DNA of 64,000 bases from Tubiluchus corallicola (GCA_030141605.1 JAQGDQ010000614.1:62001-126000); one strand, 5' to 3'. Shown: positions 37,930 through 51,091, counted from the first letter of the stretch. Numbers and translations are program-made. Notes: generated by a model not told the origin, from the letters alone.

Positions 37930-40900
37930 TATTCACACTTAAACCGATAACAATAGAACTGCGCTAAAAAAAATAACAACAGCAAGAGAAAAACACCCGA
38001 GGCGAGAATTTTTGATAGCTCGACAGCACGATAACACTGGGTGTTCTTTCATGCAAGAACCGTCTTTACAATAAGAATCTAGTCTAAGTCAAGGACATGT
38101 TGGTTAACGTAGGCCTACTATCTTCTCAGCGTCGTCTGCAGTCCCAGAAAGATAATCAGAAGACAATGGTTGAAAAGCTTCACTGAAATTAACCAATTCG
38201 AATTGGCTCTGTCATTTTCAAGGCAGGCAACAAGTCATTATTTAAGCACCTGTAGGCTTTTGGAGAACTACGCACTGTTTTCATGTCTAATGGAGTTCTG
38301 TAATAAAACGACTAGTTCTCGTACAAAACTCTTATCTCTCTTTTTTGCAACACAGTAAACTGCGACACTTTTTTCCAGTCATGCTTAAATAAACTTTAAA
38401 ATTTTACATGGTGTTACGATAATAAAATCAGCGCAGTTTGTGTAATCACATGTGTCCGATTAATGTCTCTGCTCTATCAGTGAGTGCAGAAAAGTTTCAA
38501 CTAATTTTAATGAACTCCGAATTACCACACTCCGGCAGTAAACAAGTGCGTTTCAGCAGTAAACTTCACCTCGTTGTGACATCCGTATTATTTTGCTTCT
38601 AACGAGGAATTTTTGGTCACAGTCAGTGCCCCTGTAGAGCTCCTCGTAGTTCTGCTGACCTCATTACTAGAGTTTCGGTCAAACCATGTGAATAGACGTT
38701 GTTCATCAATGCTGTTATTTGTACCAAGTTATGTTACTACCTGCTCAAGTTCAACTGTAAACTTGTCCAATTAGTTGAGGTTTTGCCTAATACAAGAAGC
38801 AATAAACTTGACATTGTGGATTTTGGCAACTTTTAGCGCGTTTTATACTTGCTTTTATTTTTAAGAGGGCTGTTCGAACGGTTGTCAGAACGTTCAGTAG
38901 CTATTAATACAGAAGAATTTTCATTAAGAAAAAATAAAAGTAAAAAAATCTGAAATGTGGATAATCTAATAATTCAATAGAATTTGAATTTAATTGCAAG
39001 TTGAAATAATTAAAAAATTATTTTTGTTTCTTTACAGAACTTTGGTCTATTATAGGCCAGTGCGCATAGTGCATAATAGGACCTACTGTATATAAAAAAA
39101 TTAATTTCGGCCTGAAACAGGTAGTGTGTAATACATTCAGAACGGATAACTTATATAAACACTCGTTTTTCTCAGTTCGTTTGTTTGTACTTTCCTTTTT
39201 CAGTGTTGCGATTGTTCTTTCTGATATTTATAATTTATTTAATACCGTCAGTATATTGTTATTATGTAAATGTGTATCACAGTATAATACAAAAAATTAG
39301 TACACCATGGCATTTTCCTATTATTAACTTTTATTGCCCACTTTAAAACGTGAATGACTGAAGTACATTTATGATATATAAATTTTTATGTATAATTCGA
39401 CACACTGTAAGCCCGAGTTTAGCAGCAGAATTCAACGTGGATGGTTGTATCATTTGCTTTTACCATCATTATGTAGATTAAAGAAAAGTTCAACTAATCA
39501 TCTAGTGGAGTTGAGAAAAAGTGCAAATAATGTTATTGGGGCTGACTCGGTTCCAATGGACTAATGGAAGAGCTGAGTCATCAATGTTTCGGTAGATCAG
39601 AGGATGAACTGAGCTAATGTTTTAGTGAACTAGCAAAAAAGCATAGCCAGTATCCCAGTGAACCCTGGTAAAACTGAGCCAATCCGCTAGAGCTGATCTA
39701 GTCGACTAAAGGAAGATGTTTGCAAAGAGCGAGAATGCGCGGTGTTAAATTTGGAGGTAAAGCAGTTTAAAAATTTAAGTTTTAGTCTTTCCCTTGGTAA
39801 TCTTTTTTAGCTATTTTATGCCAAGCGGTGTGACAGGGACCTTTTCTCCGCTAGTGCTGCGAGTGAATGAACAAAAACATGGTAAGATAATTACTTTTGA
39901 AAGGAAATGGCAAAGGAAATCGATTCATTAATCAAGATGACATTTTTGTTATTCTAACAAATAAACTCTGGACTTATTCAATGTATTTGGATTGTCATGC
40001 AATTCACTACCCTGTTATATGTCCTGTTATGTTTCAGTGTATTATCATTATGCCACAGGATTCTGCACTCCGAAACGCTATAAGTTTTTCAAAACCAGTT
40101 ATGCGTTTTTTTATTTTGATGTACATGTCGCTGTTCGATACCTTGTTTCATTAATGATAAACTTGGTTAATTTCTTTAATAAATTCTTCTGGACTTGAAG
40201 CCTGGATAAATGTTGCAGTATACATATGCATAACAACCTTTATAGAAAACCCCCAAATGTCGTGAGTAATGCGTGTTGAAGTGTTACTACTTCGTTGCTG
40301 CCTTGTCGTCGTCGTTCATCATCGTTACCACCATCACTGTAATAATCGTCTCCACCTACGCTACTGGAAATGTTAGCAAAATATAGCAAAATATGTGTTG
40401 TTTTATAGCTCTTTTAAAAGGCTTGTTTCTCGTCTACAAAAAGTCGACGAGAAATATATATATATACTTGCTTTTGTTACAGCATAAAATTTTAAAATTT
40501 ATAACTTTGTTATATTTTTACGATGTAACATTACTTTTACCGCACTTTGCAAGGGGAACTGGATATTTTCTAAGCTATAGGCCTCTAACAATGATTCTGT
40601 CAGAGTGCCCATGGGAGGCATCAAGGCTAGAGTTATAAACCTTTTGAAAAGTTAGCACTAGGAAGCCAGAGTGACAAGGTAATTTTCGACAAAATAAAAT
40701 TTATTATCATGGCGAGTTTATGAATTAGAAACTTTCTGTGTAGTAGCTTCTTCCCTACCGTCATGGTAATAAACATCTACTTTAATCTAATGACGTACAA
40801 TGCTGAAATGAATGATGACGCATTTACTTGTCATGTTATCAACTCAAAATGAATCCTCTGTATTCTTGGCGCATGTTCAGATGTGATGGACAAACAGGGG

Positions 40901-41079
40901 TTTTTGTCTTAAATCCGTCACACCTGCATGTTCTTTTGAAGATGAAACTTTGGCAAAATTTTCGTGGCAAATTAATTTCAATCACCTAACTCTGAAAATT
41001 ATTTGCGTATATATTTAAACTCATCTAGGTTAATCGCGTAAGCTAATAACCACAAAAGATTTGACTACTCTACGCATGC

Positions 41080-41230
41080 ATGATGTCAAAGCAAGTGATT
41101 TTAGTTTTGTGCTTTCTTTATTGTGCTCACGCCAAGCAGAATTCCATTTTCCCAGAAAGAAGAATTACCGCAAGTAGTGACGGCAACGGCAAACGCATCG
41201 ATATTAATAAAGAAAACGTTGACGGTAAAG
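41080..41230 (+). CDS. Secreted prepropeptide exon 1 (signal peptide MMSKQVILVLCFLYCAHA + propeptide with GKR)
   Basis: Basic N-region, hydrophobic core, AHA cleavage site; G|gtatgc donor (alternative phase-1 donor at 41224). Confidence 0.7.
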
Positions 41231-41558
41231 GTATGCGCGGGGCTAATATTGCTTTCGTCTGTAAGCAGCAGTTAAGTTATGAATTCCCGTCCTATTCGCA
41301 CTGTTGCACTGTGCTAACTGATTTCATCCAATTTATGTGCAAACTTTATAGAAATTGACTGTGACGAACATACCTTTAAATTGAACTTTTCAAACTTTTA
41401 ATTAAACTTTTGCAATACTTTTTGAGAATTTCTTATAAACCATTACTGACTTTGTAAAAGGTTGTAAGTAGCCTTAAAAGGTTGTAAGTTTCTTTTTTCA
41501 TGAGTATATTTTACAAGCGTAGAATTTTATGAACAAAAAGATTGTAAATACTAATGTA

Positions 41559-42104
41559 TCAGGTGGCGCAAAAATGTGCCGAAGTTTTGATCACGACACC
41601 ATAAGATGAAAATACATTGATGTTACAGACACTTATATTTAAATACTAAAAATTTTAGGTCATTCCTTTAGATTTGTCCAAAGATAGAGAAGTTTTAAAT
41701 CAACAAGTCAAAAAAACACAAATGTCGAAAAAATTGCTAAAATTTATAACAAGTATAGTATGTGTCCAACATTTTCACAGCAAGCTCGATGAAAGCATTT
41801 CTTCAAACAGCTGGGTATTTAGTCCCAGTAATCAACAATTTTTGCTTTTAGTTTCTCCGCATCCAATGGCCCTGTGCGGCTGTGCCGTACACTCTCTTTG
41901 AGAAATTTCAAATGCCATAGTCCAAACAATTGTCTCATTTTTAAGGGTTTTATACGTCAATGCGGCTTTTTTCAGTTTTCCACTGAAACTATAAACTTTC
42001 ACAGCTGAAAGGTAACGCATTGAATACATTTGTAACTTTGTAGGGCACTTGGTCCTAATATTATAATAGTCTTAATTTCGCCACATTTTTTCTACGTCAC
42101 CCGA
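41559..42104. mobile_element. Tc1/mariner-type MITE in the prepropeptide intron
   Basis: Imperfect ~25-bp TIRs (TCAGGTGGCGCAAAAATGTGCCGAA vs TCGGGTGACGTAGAAAAAATGTGGCGAA), TA on both sides. Confidence 0.75.
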
Positions 42105-42464
42105 TATATATATTTTAGTTTTCTAACTAACATTCTATATCCATTGTAATATGTCCATTCTAATACTGGCTGAATTAAATCGGGTGAAAAGCCTTCTGTG
42201 TAAAATGCCTTTATGAAAATTGAAAGATAAAGCATGAAATGTTTACAGTTTGTGTATGCTTTTTATATGTTGTACAATATTTAAGCTTTGTTTTAAATAC
42301 TTGAAGAGAACTTTTTGACTAGTATGAGGTCGAAAGTTGCGTTCTAAATTAAAAAAAGTAATACAGTACTATTAATTCAACCTGACAAAACCAATGGATT
42401 CTCAAAAAGGCACTCTACTGAGTTGGGGGACACAGACAAAAAGGGTTATATGTTTTTTCTTAGG

Positions 42465-42570
42465 AAGTGAGAGTGAGAAGAAAATGGAGAAAGAGAGAGT
42501 GGGAGAGAGTGAGAAATAGAGACTTAAAAAGAGCAAGAGAGAGGTGAGACGGAGAAAAGGAGAGACAGAC

Positions 42571-42662
<92 letters not shown>

Positions 42663-42735
42663 GGAGATAGAGAGGTGACAGAGTTCACGGATAAGGAAGA
42701 AGAAAAAGTAGAGCAACAGCAACGAAGAGAAAGGT
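42465..42735 (+). repeat. (GA)n and purine-rich tract
   Basis: Read directly from the sequence; pure core at ~42570-42660. Confidence 0.92.
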
Positions 42736-42766
42736 GAAACTAATTTTGGTAACCCTTCCGTTACAG

Positions 42767-43077
42767 ATGGACATAAAATGTGGTTTCCACGCGACGGTTC
42801 ACATTCACTCCCAGCGTTACCACTAAATAAAATGGGTTTGTCTGATGACAACCAGATTCTCTGGAAGCGCAATACCCGCGATGTCCTGAACTGCAACAGC
42901 TACACAAGCTGCAGATCTATGATGCTAAAGACAATACAAGGGGTCATAACAGCGAAGAAGCAGCTCAAGCACGCGGAACAAGATCTCAAGGAAAAGACTG
43001 ATGTCGTATTTAAATTGTTTTGTCCACCCAACCAAAGAGTATTTTCTGTTTATCCCATTTCTAGGTGTTTTATTTGA
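42767..43077 (+). CDS. Secreted prepropeptide exon 2 (KRNTR site + 65-aa 4-Cys peptide)
   Basis: ttccgttacag| phase-1 acceptor in frame with exon 1; TGA at 43075-43077; AATAAA at 43251-43256; 153 aa in total. Confidence 0.7.
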
Positions 43078-44854
43078 AAGACTGACATTATACTGTGTTT
43101 GAAGAATTAGACATCTTTGTAAAAGCTATCACCATAGGTGGGCAAAAATCACGTAAAACGCTGTGAATGATCGCACACAGACTGCGCTACTTCCATATTT
43201 CGGTCTCTATAAAAGTGTGAAAGAATATAACAATAGTTTTTTTCAATCTAAATAAAAATAAAACAGTTACAGCAGTCACTGAGAATATCATGCATCATTT
43301 TATTGAACATTACAAGAGCAGCATCCGTCAATTTGTACATCATCAGCCAAATGTATGTCAACCCTAAATGCAAATAATTGAATTACAAATTGCAAAGAAA
43401 TGTTTTTTTACTGGGTATTCAAAATTACGAACGAGCAGTGAAGAAAGAAATCACGCATTTTAGACCAAATCACCAAATTTGAAATTTAGTAGGCTATGGC
43501 CTGTAAATAGCAATATATACCGTCTAGCATCATCCCACACAAATAACCTGTAAAGTGCAAGCCCATTTGAACACATCAAGCGTAGAAATTCACATCATTA
43601 CTCAGAATTCTTTCCAGCAAAAAAACCAAAACAACGCTATTTACAACTGCTAACTAAATAAGAATCGTGCTGAAAGAAATGATGAGTGATTATGTTTTAT
43701 TTCTGTTGAAATTAAAATTTCAGAATGACAAGATCTTTGTTCAATTTAGGTAGTAATTAGTTTTTTGTCCTTCTATAATAACAAATTGGCTTATACTAAA
43801 GATTCGTCCACAAACAAAAAAATACATCAATGGTGTATGAAAACACGTATGCTGAGTATCTGTTTCTATTTTTTCTATTATCTGTGCCCTTTTTACTTCT
43901 TCTATTGTAAGTGTAAAGTACACATGAGCAAAACTCAAAAATGTTGATCTGCCTTGTCTTCCATGGCAGATTTTGTCCTCTTTATTTTCTGTATCAACAC
44001 TATTCCAAAGCATCCATTGAGTTATCATCACTATTTTAGTAACTTTATTCTAGGGGAACTTTAATTGTGATGTGGTGTTCAGGAAGTAATTCTATGGCCA
44101 GTCTTTTGAAGAACAGTTTGGCTAAGTCTAATTGAAGAATAATAATATGCAAATCATATTAACTATGGCATCTAATGAATATTTGCCATTAATTTTCAAT
44201 AATTACTTGGGTATAAACACAAGTTAACTACCAACTTGCTTAGTTGCTCTTAGTTAATGACTTACTTACATATTTAATTTAATCGGTTAGTTCCAAATTT
44301 CAAATTATCATCTCGATAGAAACTATGTGCTACACGTATTTTTTAACCAAGGAACTGTACAAAAAATTTATTATGAAAACATGAGCATCAGTGATTCATG
44401 ATGTGCAAATAAATTATTATGTAACTCTTTATTTATTATTATTTATAAAACATCATTTGATATTTAGAAGAATACTTCTTTCAATCAAGGTGAATAATAT
44501 AAAACAAATTAATGTTATTGTTTTTCATATACAGTTTCACAGTGCGACCTTTGGATACTGGCCTCACAAATACTAATGATTTCATTATTTAAGCAAATGT
44601 AAGAGCAATAGGCAGAAATAAATATGTAAAGCAATAAGAAAGACTCATTGTGTCAGAACTGTTGGAAAGATAGGTTAAATAACAAAGAAAAAAGGAAAGA
44701 AGCTAATAATGTCATAAAAAACCCACAGAGAAGACTGTTAATAAAATGCCTGCAGGTTGCTTTCCGCATGTGGCTATAGAAACAAAAATAAAAACTCAGC
44801 AGGTATTCAGTATTATTGTTATTACTCAAGGAATGATTACCATTAGCATGACCT

Positions 44855-45451
44855 TTATGAATCCCATACAAAACCGAGTCGATGCAAAGTTGAAGATGTG
44901 TCCAGATTGTGTTCACTTTGGTCAGCATCAGTAAGACTTGGCCCTTTGAATAGTATGCTAGCATCTGAGCTCACTCCAGCTTGAGCCGCTTTCTTCAGAG
45001 GAATAGTATTACGACCTCTCTCTTCTGCTCCTTTTATCATCTCCTTTGCATATTCCTGGAACACTTTATCTTCGTTTTCTATTTGTTCTAACTGTTTTTT
45101 GTCGAAAGCCCTTTCTCGATCTTCCCATTGTTGCATGATTGTTTTACGCCTTTCCACCTGTGATTTGCGATACTCTTCAACTTGGATTTGCTCCGCACGC
45201 TTTTTCTGCTTTTTCTCAAGTACCCGAGCTTTGTGCAACTCATCTGCCAATTTTCTCTCCTCAAGAAGCTTCTTGTCTTCTTCGATTCTTTTCTTTTCTT
45301 CTTCTTCCCTTTGTTTTTTCTGGGTTAATCGTTGATGTGTAATTTCTTTCTGTACCTTTTGCCTAGCTTCCTCCTTTTCTTTTTCGGCCTTTTCTTCCTT
45401 CTCCTCTCTTTCTCGCAAGCATTTATCTATGCGTTGATCTTCATCATCCAT
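44855..45451 (-). CDS. CFAP210: CFAP210 last exon
   Basis: ctttag| acceptor; ends RGRNTIPLKKAA...RLGFVWDS*. Confidence 0.9.
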   Translation of the reverse strand: MDDEDQRIDKCLREREEKEEKAEKEKEEARQKVQKEITHQRLTQKKQREEEEKKRIEEDKKLLEERKLADELHKARVLEKKQKKRAEQIQVEEYRKSQVERRKTIMQQWEDRERAFDKKQLEQIENEDKVFQEYAKEMIKGAEERGRNTIPLKKAAQAGVSSDASILFKGPSLTDADQSEHNLDTSSTLHRLGFVWDS

Positions 45452-46167
45452 CTAAAGCAGAAGGTTATTTGTTTAGTTATCAATATGTTGGGGAACACAC
45501 TTCTAGACACAAAAGTAATGTTTACTATGCTTTTATAAGTTAATACTAACGGTGATTGTTGTCAGTGTACTAATAACATGCCTGCTGCATGTAAATTAAT
45601 GATAAAGCTGATACTCTATAAAGAAGAATAAAAATTGCTTAGTTTCCCAAGCTAACTGATATTAAACCAAATAGTTAATGCATGCTTAAAAATAATTAGA
45701 AACACCATAAACTTGGTTGGTTCTGAACCCCTTTACTAAACACGCTCAGGTCTCATCCTGAACAATGGAACCCTTTGCTTAACTAAATAAGCTGATTCCA
45801 AAAGAAAGGCATAAATGAGCTCAGTGCTAGCTTTGCTTTGGCTTTTTTCTACTTTTTACTTTGACTTTTCATTTCCACCATCAAGTCAGGTAAACAAGAC
45901 TTAAGGGTAAATAAATTCACGAAGTTTAATTACATTACCATTAGCCACTTTTAAATACTTTTTGAACAAATGGATTTGAAACAGAATAGCCTCAGCAGAT
46001 TTCCAACATTTATTGAAAAAATAATCAATGAAGAAATGATTGGTAAAATAAGCAATGAAACGAACAAGCAGTCATAGTCAATAGTATTTGAAAAAACCTT
46101 CACTGGCAGGTTTCAAGAATTCGTTAACATTTAAAAGCTAATGAATGAAAACATGAAAAAACGCTAC

Positions 46168-46389
46168 CTTCTGCTTTAGTAGCCCAGATAGATATCGCAC
46201 CATTTCTTCTTTTTGTTTCTGTGCCTCGTTAAACATCTGCCTTTCTTTTTCTCTCCTTATTTCATCCATCTTTCTCTTTGCATCTGCGAAAAATTCTACT
46301 TCTACTGCTTCTTCTTGTGCTTGTTTCTCTTCTCGGTTTCTAAGTGCCTGTATTTCTCTCATCTGAGACATGCATGCTTCTAATGTTTT
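46168..46389 (-). CDS. CFAP210: CFAP210 exon 3
   Basis: tttcag| acceptor, AAG|gtagcg donor, 222 bp. Confidence 0.88.
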
Positions 46390-46752
46390 CTGAAATTATG
46401 ATTTTTTTTATGTAATTGAATTTTATGCCAGTATTACAACATTTACAATTACCGTCCTGCTATGTATAATTTACATAGTCTGCAGCCTACTTATTTAATA
46501 CCCTGACTGTTCTATTTTCTAATTTTTTTATAATAATCCTGCTTTTCAGAAGAAGAAAAAAGGTAATACAAAACTTAAAACTTAACAATTTTTCTTACTT
46601 ATCAACTTGTTGTTAAAAGTTCTGAATCAAAGCTCAACATGTACACTCATTGTGATATGACAAATTTGCAATATGAACAATGATGGCAAACTTGCCTCTG
46701 ATGTCACCAAACCTTTGGTATATCTGACAAAGTCTCAATGCATTTTACTCAC

Positions 46753-46986
46753 CCTTTTCTCTTCTTTCCTTTTTTGTTCCAGCAATTTCTCGTTGGCAAG
46801 ATATTCTTCATCTTCTTTTCTAATAAGTTTTCCTTCAACGTAATCTCTCTCTTTTTTTTCAGTCAACTTTTGTATATTATTTTTTATTTGTGCAAGATGC
46901 ACTTCAGCCATTTCTTTGCGAGTATCAGTACGCTTTTTTATCTCTTCCTGTTCTTTGCGAGCTGCCACTTCTGTTTGACTATATAA
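46753..46986 (-). CDS. CFAP210: CFAP210 exon 2
   Basis: aatag| acceptor (the only phase-0 option), AGG|gtgagt donor, 234 bp. Confidence 0.85.
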
Positions 46987-48045
46987 CTATTATAAAAGCC
47001 TGCATTAGTAGTTTCTTTTATCCAAAAACCAAATCAAGTTTATTTCATCACTAACTAATATTGAACTGTTTTATAGATGCATCACTTTGTCTCTGTGTCT
47101 GTCTGTCTGTCAGTCTGCCTTATTGTACACAACTGTCAAGCAGTTGTGCATTATTGAATGCATCACTCAAAGCATCAGAGAAGTATGAAACTGCCTCTTT
47201 GACACCTAAAAGCTGCTGTGACTTTTGAGTGTCATTCCACAAAGGTAAAATGGTGGCCTAAACCAGTACATTGGCTTACTGGTTCACCTCCCAGTATAAA
47301 TTTGTCTTTCATTATTTAGAGAAAGTTCTTGAGGCAGAAAGAAACCCATTTCGTTATGATCATAACTAGATGCATTCGTGATGCATTCTCACTTTTAACC
47401 TTTTCACTTCAATAGCCATGGCACACCGAGTCTCTGTGTCAAATTATGTTATAATTTGGCCACTTATTTTTGAGTAAGAGCTCAGATAATCAGAATTTGC
47501 CAAACTTTGTTATGATTTTGATGTTTCACTTTTTAACTTGATATATCTAGCAGCTCTGGTGAAGGGGTAAAAAACCTATTTTCATTACAAGTTTTAACTG
47601 TGCATAAATTTAAATTGGAGGATTTGGGGGTCATGACTACGACTTTAAGATTTTGTTAAGTTGTAAGCATCTTAACAGTATAATAATTTTACAGTTTTCA
47701 TGGATGCAGTAAGCTATTCACAAAAATATATATGTATAGTAAATTTAGGCAGCATGGGTCTAAAGCCCACGTTTAAAAATTTATGTGATTCAATACTAAT
47801 TTTGACCTGGGACATGTGTGCTCTATCAAATACCTTTTAATTTAGTTTTTTACATTTTTACCATGTAATCACACGATATTCAGTAAATGACAATTATTAA
47901 GTCCAATTTTCATAAAGATGGTGCTTTTTCCTATATTAATGTTTACCAGACAAACTGGATAACTGTATTACTGCATCATTGCTGGACTTCTTGACGCAAG
48001 CACATACAGGCAGCGCAAACTAAGTAAAAGTGAAAATATCTCTAC

Positions 48046-48576
48046 CTTTTGAACATATTGCTTTTCTCGTTCTTCCTTTTGCTTGTTTATCATTTTTTTA
48101 AATTCTAGTTGTGCCTCCCTTTCCTTCTCGGTTTCAGCAAGCAAAAGGGCGCCGTGAAGTCTTTTAACCCTGTCCGTTTGAAAATACTGTTGCATCTTTG
48201 CCTGTCCAATGGCATGCTTGCGCCTTTCTGCTTGAAACTCTGTTTCTTCTTCATCCAGTTTCTTTCGCTCTTCCTCTTCTTTCTTTTGTCGGTCTTTCAT
48301 CTCTTGTAGTTTTTTCTCCCTAATTCCGCTGATGGTGTTTGGCCAATATTTGACCATGTCACGTGAGAGCTCTCGTAGTTTTTGCTTCTCTGAGCGGTTC
48401 TCCGCAGTCTTCTTTGCTATTTCTTCTTCTTTGTTCAACTGGTACTGTATTCTGTCCCAGTCATTTTTGGATAGAACACAAGCTTTGTCTTGGTAAACTC
48501 CACTAAAAGCAACTGGTTCAAGCAGATTAACTTTGTCTCTTACAGCCCTTGCACTGTGCTTACATACAAATTCCAT
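48046..48576 (-). CDS. CFAP210: CFAP210 exon 1 (start may instead come via the acceptor at 48553)
   Basis: AAG|gtagag donor; YFQTDRVKRLHGALLL motif. Confidence 0.88.
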
Positions 48577-48687
48577 AATTAAGCAAGCAAAGCGATATAA
48601 CTTTTGGAAAAAGTAATTTAACTTCTTTTAATATATTTTACTGAAACAATACACGAAAGTGTATTTGTTGTAACGTAGTTGCGCTGA

Positions 48688-48724
48688 TAAACAAATAAAT
48701 TTATGTAAACGGTAACCAAGGAAC
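48688..48724 (-). promoter_or_regulatory. Candidate ciliary-gene promoter: forkhead (FOXJ1-type) site plus RFX X-box-like motif
   Basis: TAAACAAA at 48688-48695 and GTAACCAAGGAAC at 48712-48724, 110-150 bp upstream of the CFAP210 ATG. Confidence 0.4.
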
Positions 48725-49029
48725 CACACCAAGGTGGTGCTGCCATCTATTATCCTTATACTATAATTATAATGTCATATTAGTGGATAAGTGAAGTACA
48801 CTCATAGAAAGCTCATATTTGTCCACAAAGTAATCGTCAATAATAATTAATAAAGATTTAAATTTTACTAGGGTCGGTGCGGCAATCACAATGGCTGGCA
48901 AATTATCCTATTTGTTCACTACTCTCACAGTAAATGATTGCTTTACGAATGTCGAGAAGTAAAAGTAATTTTTAAACTATGCCCTCTAGTTTTTGAATCA
49001 ACAATAAATTAAAGAAATTTTCAGGCAGA

Positions 49030-49230
49030 ATGTTTCTTTCCTACTCAGTACTTTATATATCTCAATAAAGCATCCTCGATGTTTTCTTAATCCAAGTGTG
49101 GTCAAACGGCAATATTTCAATCTGTCTAAATAAAAATTTATTATGTGGGATTTTTCCAACCAAATATTATTCTTGTTACAATAATCTTGTAGTACGCCTT
49201 TGCACAACTCCCATGAACAATAATTATGTC
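49030..49230 (-). mobile_element. Old LINE (CR1/L2-like) ORF2 3' fragment
   Basis: Degraded VQRRTTRLL and RLKYCRLTTLGLRKHRGCFIEIYKVL, resembling VQRRAT..RL..L.L.TLE.RR.RGDLIE.YK. Confidence 0.55.
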
Positions 49231-50889
49231 TTTCCGATTATGGGTGATTCCGAAGCTGTACACCAGTCTACTGCTAGTTGTACTGTTGGCTATCATCATT
49301 ATGGGAACTGCTCAGTAGGAACTAGGCGTAGAAAAAACTCCATTTTTAGTGGGAAACAAAAGTTTGTCCAATTAATATTCCAGTATTTACAGATGTCTTT
49401 AGTCAAACAGTAAAAATATACCAAAACAAATTTTAAGAGAATCTTTACAAGCTAATACATTGGCCGCATTTAAAAAATTAACGTTTGTAACCCTGTCTCT
49501 AATGTGTTAGGCATTACACAGTAACCAACAGACTAATTCAGTCATTTTTTAATAATAGTAATAGGATGCTGTTGATAGTATTGTACTATATATGTGCAGA
49601 ATCACAGAGATCTACAAGATAATTAAGTCTAATAACCAGAGAGCGCATTCCTTGCAAAAGCAAGGAATACATGTAAGACTAATATAGAATTGTATGCGCA
49701 GAAGTGATTTTAATGCGTCCTTGTAACTGTTTGAAAATCTCAAAAGTTAAAACCTCTAAAGTTTTAAAAGAAAAAGACGATGTAGATAGTCGATAGATGT
49801 TATGTTTATTTGTTTTTATTTTATAGAAGATTAGCTTAGAGCACTAACTTTAAAGTACAGTAGTGAAGTACGTATTTAAATAAAAATTAAATCCTAAAAT
49901 TGCAAAAAAATAGCTTAGTTTTAACAAGCTTAGTAAAAATTTTGTACCGAGTAGGGCACCGGGACACAATAATTATCATTTAATTAATCTATATTTTATT
50001 GGAGATTCAAAAATTTTAGATACTTTAATCGTTAAAACATGCAAGCTTGCAATAAATCCCCGGGGACCACAAGACTTTAATTCTATAATAATATCACAGT
50101 ACAAACACTACCATACTGGCTTTTGTCTGCTAACATTTCTCGTCTAACTAAAACCCTAAGCGTGTCAGTAATTACCGTATGGACAACGATGGACAGCGGC
50201 TGTCACCCTGGAACAGCGAGGAAAATTAAAACGGTACTTTGTGATTACTCTGTTTATGATTATGACTAATTTGGTCATTCAAGTACATTCATTCAGTCCC
50301 ATTTAAATACAACTAAAAATTTTTTACTTTTTGATTTTCATGTTGTTTTTTATAATGCCGTTTACCTAACAGTGCCATACAAGTTGGTTTTAACAACAAT
50401 ATCACATTGCTGGTCTTTTTATGAACACCTAATACTGTCAAATCAGAGTTGCCATATTATGATTAATAATGTAAAGGTAATTCTCCACAAATTGGTTGCC
50501 ACAGTCGCAGTTTATCTTAACAACGGCGTGAATGACAAGACTAGATTGCTATTTAGTTTGGGAAAACATTCATTTTAACTAATTAAATAGCATGAATTGA
50601 TAACAGATTGTTAACAAAACAGGAGAGGCAGCAGTAATTGCAAAAGTGACAATTTAAAAATTCTTTACCTAAGCAATAAACTGTGTAGTATTTGTATTAA
50701 ATAACATAAAGTGCACTTTATATATTCTGGTTAGCATAACATCGAAACTTCGAGCAGAAAAATTTGATGTTTTTGAATTTTGGAAATAAAGTAACGTGGT
50801 TCTAAACCTTACAGACTGCTCTTTCTTCACATTTTTGTTACCAAATTAATTGTATTATAACCGTGCGTGTGTTAAAAGATAAATAAAAG

Positions 50890-50918
50890 ATTATTATTAT
50901 ATTATTATTATTATTATT
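50890..50918 (+). repeat. (TTA)n microsatellite
   Basis: Read directly from the sequence. Confidence 0.9.
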
Positions 50919-51091
50919 CCATAACACACTATTCTTAAGCTTGAACTCAATAATGATCATAGAGCATCAAAGACAAGATGACGGCGATTCAAATACAAAA
51001 AATGAAATGGCTCACATACACCCAATGGCATATACGACAAGCGGCTAGAGTTTACAATTCCCCACACACATGAAATTATTTCGTGAGCGGA

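Larger units (their letters stand above)
44855..48576 (-). other. CFAP210: CFAP210/CCDC173 gene span; CDS complement join(48576-48046, 46986-46753, 46389-46168, 45451-44855), about 527 aa
   Basis: E/K/R-rich coiled coil (trichohyalin-plectin-homology type) with family motifs DWDRI, WPNTISG.R.KKL, YFQTDRVK.LHGALLL.E..KER.AQL and C-terminal RLGFVW. Three phase-0 introns. Confidence 0.85.

Noticed and set aside
41008-41019. TATA-like TATATATTTAAA upstream of the prepropeptide ATG
   Set aside because: May simply be intronic AT-rich sequence before a possible acceptor at 41028; cannot be decided from sequence
42402-42896. 164-aa minus-strand LS-repeat ORF
   Set aside because: Translation of (GA)n, antisense to the prepropeptide exon
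45099-48309. Short hydrophobic plus-strand ORFs
   Set aside because: Antisense shadows of the purine-rich CFAP210 exons
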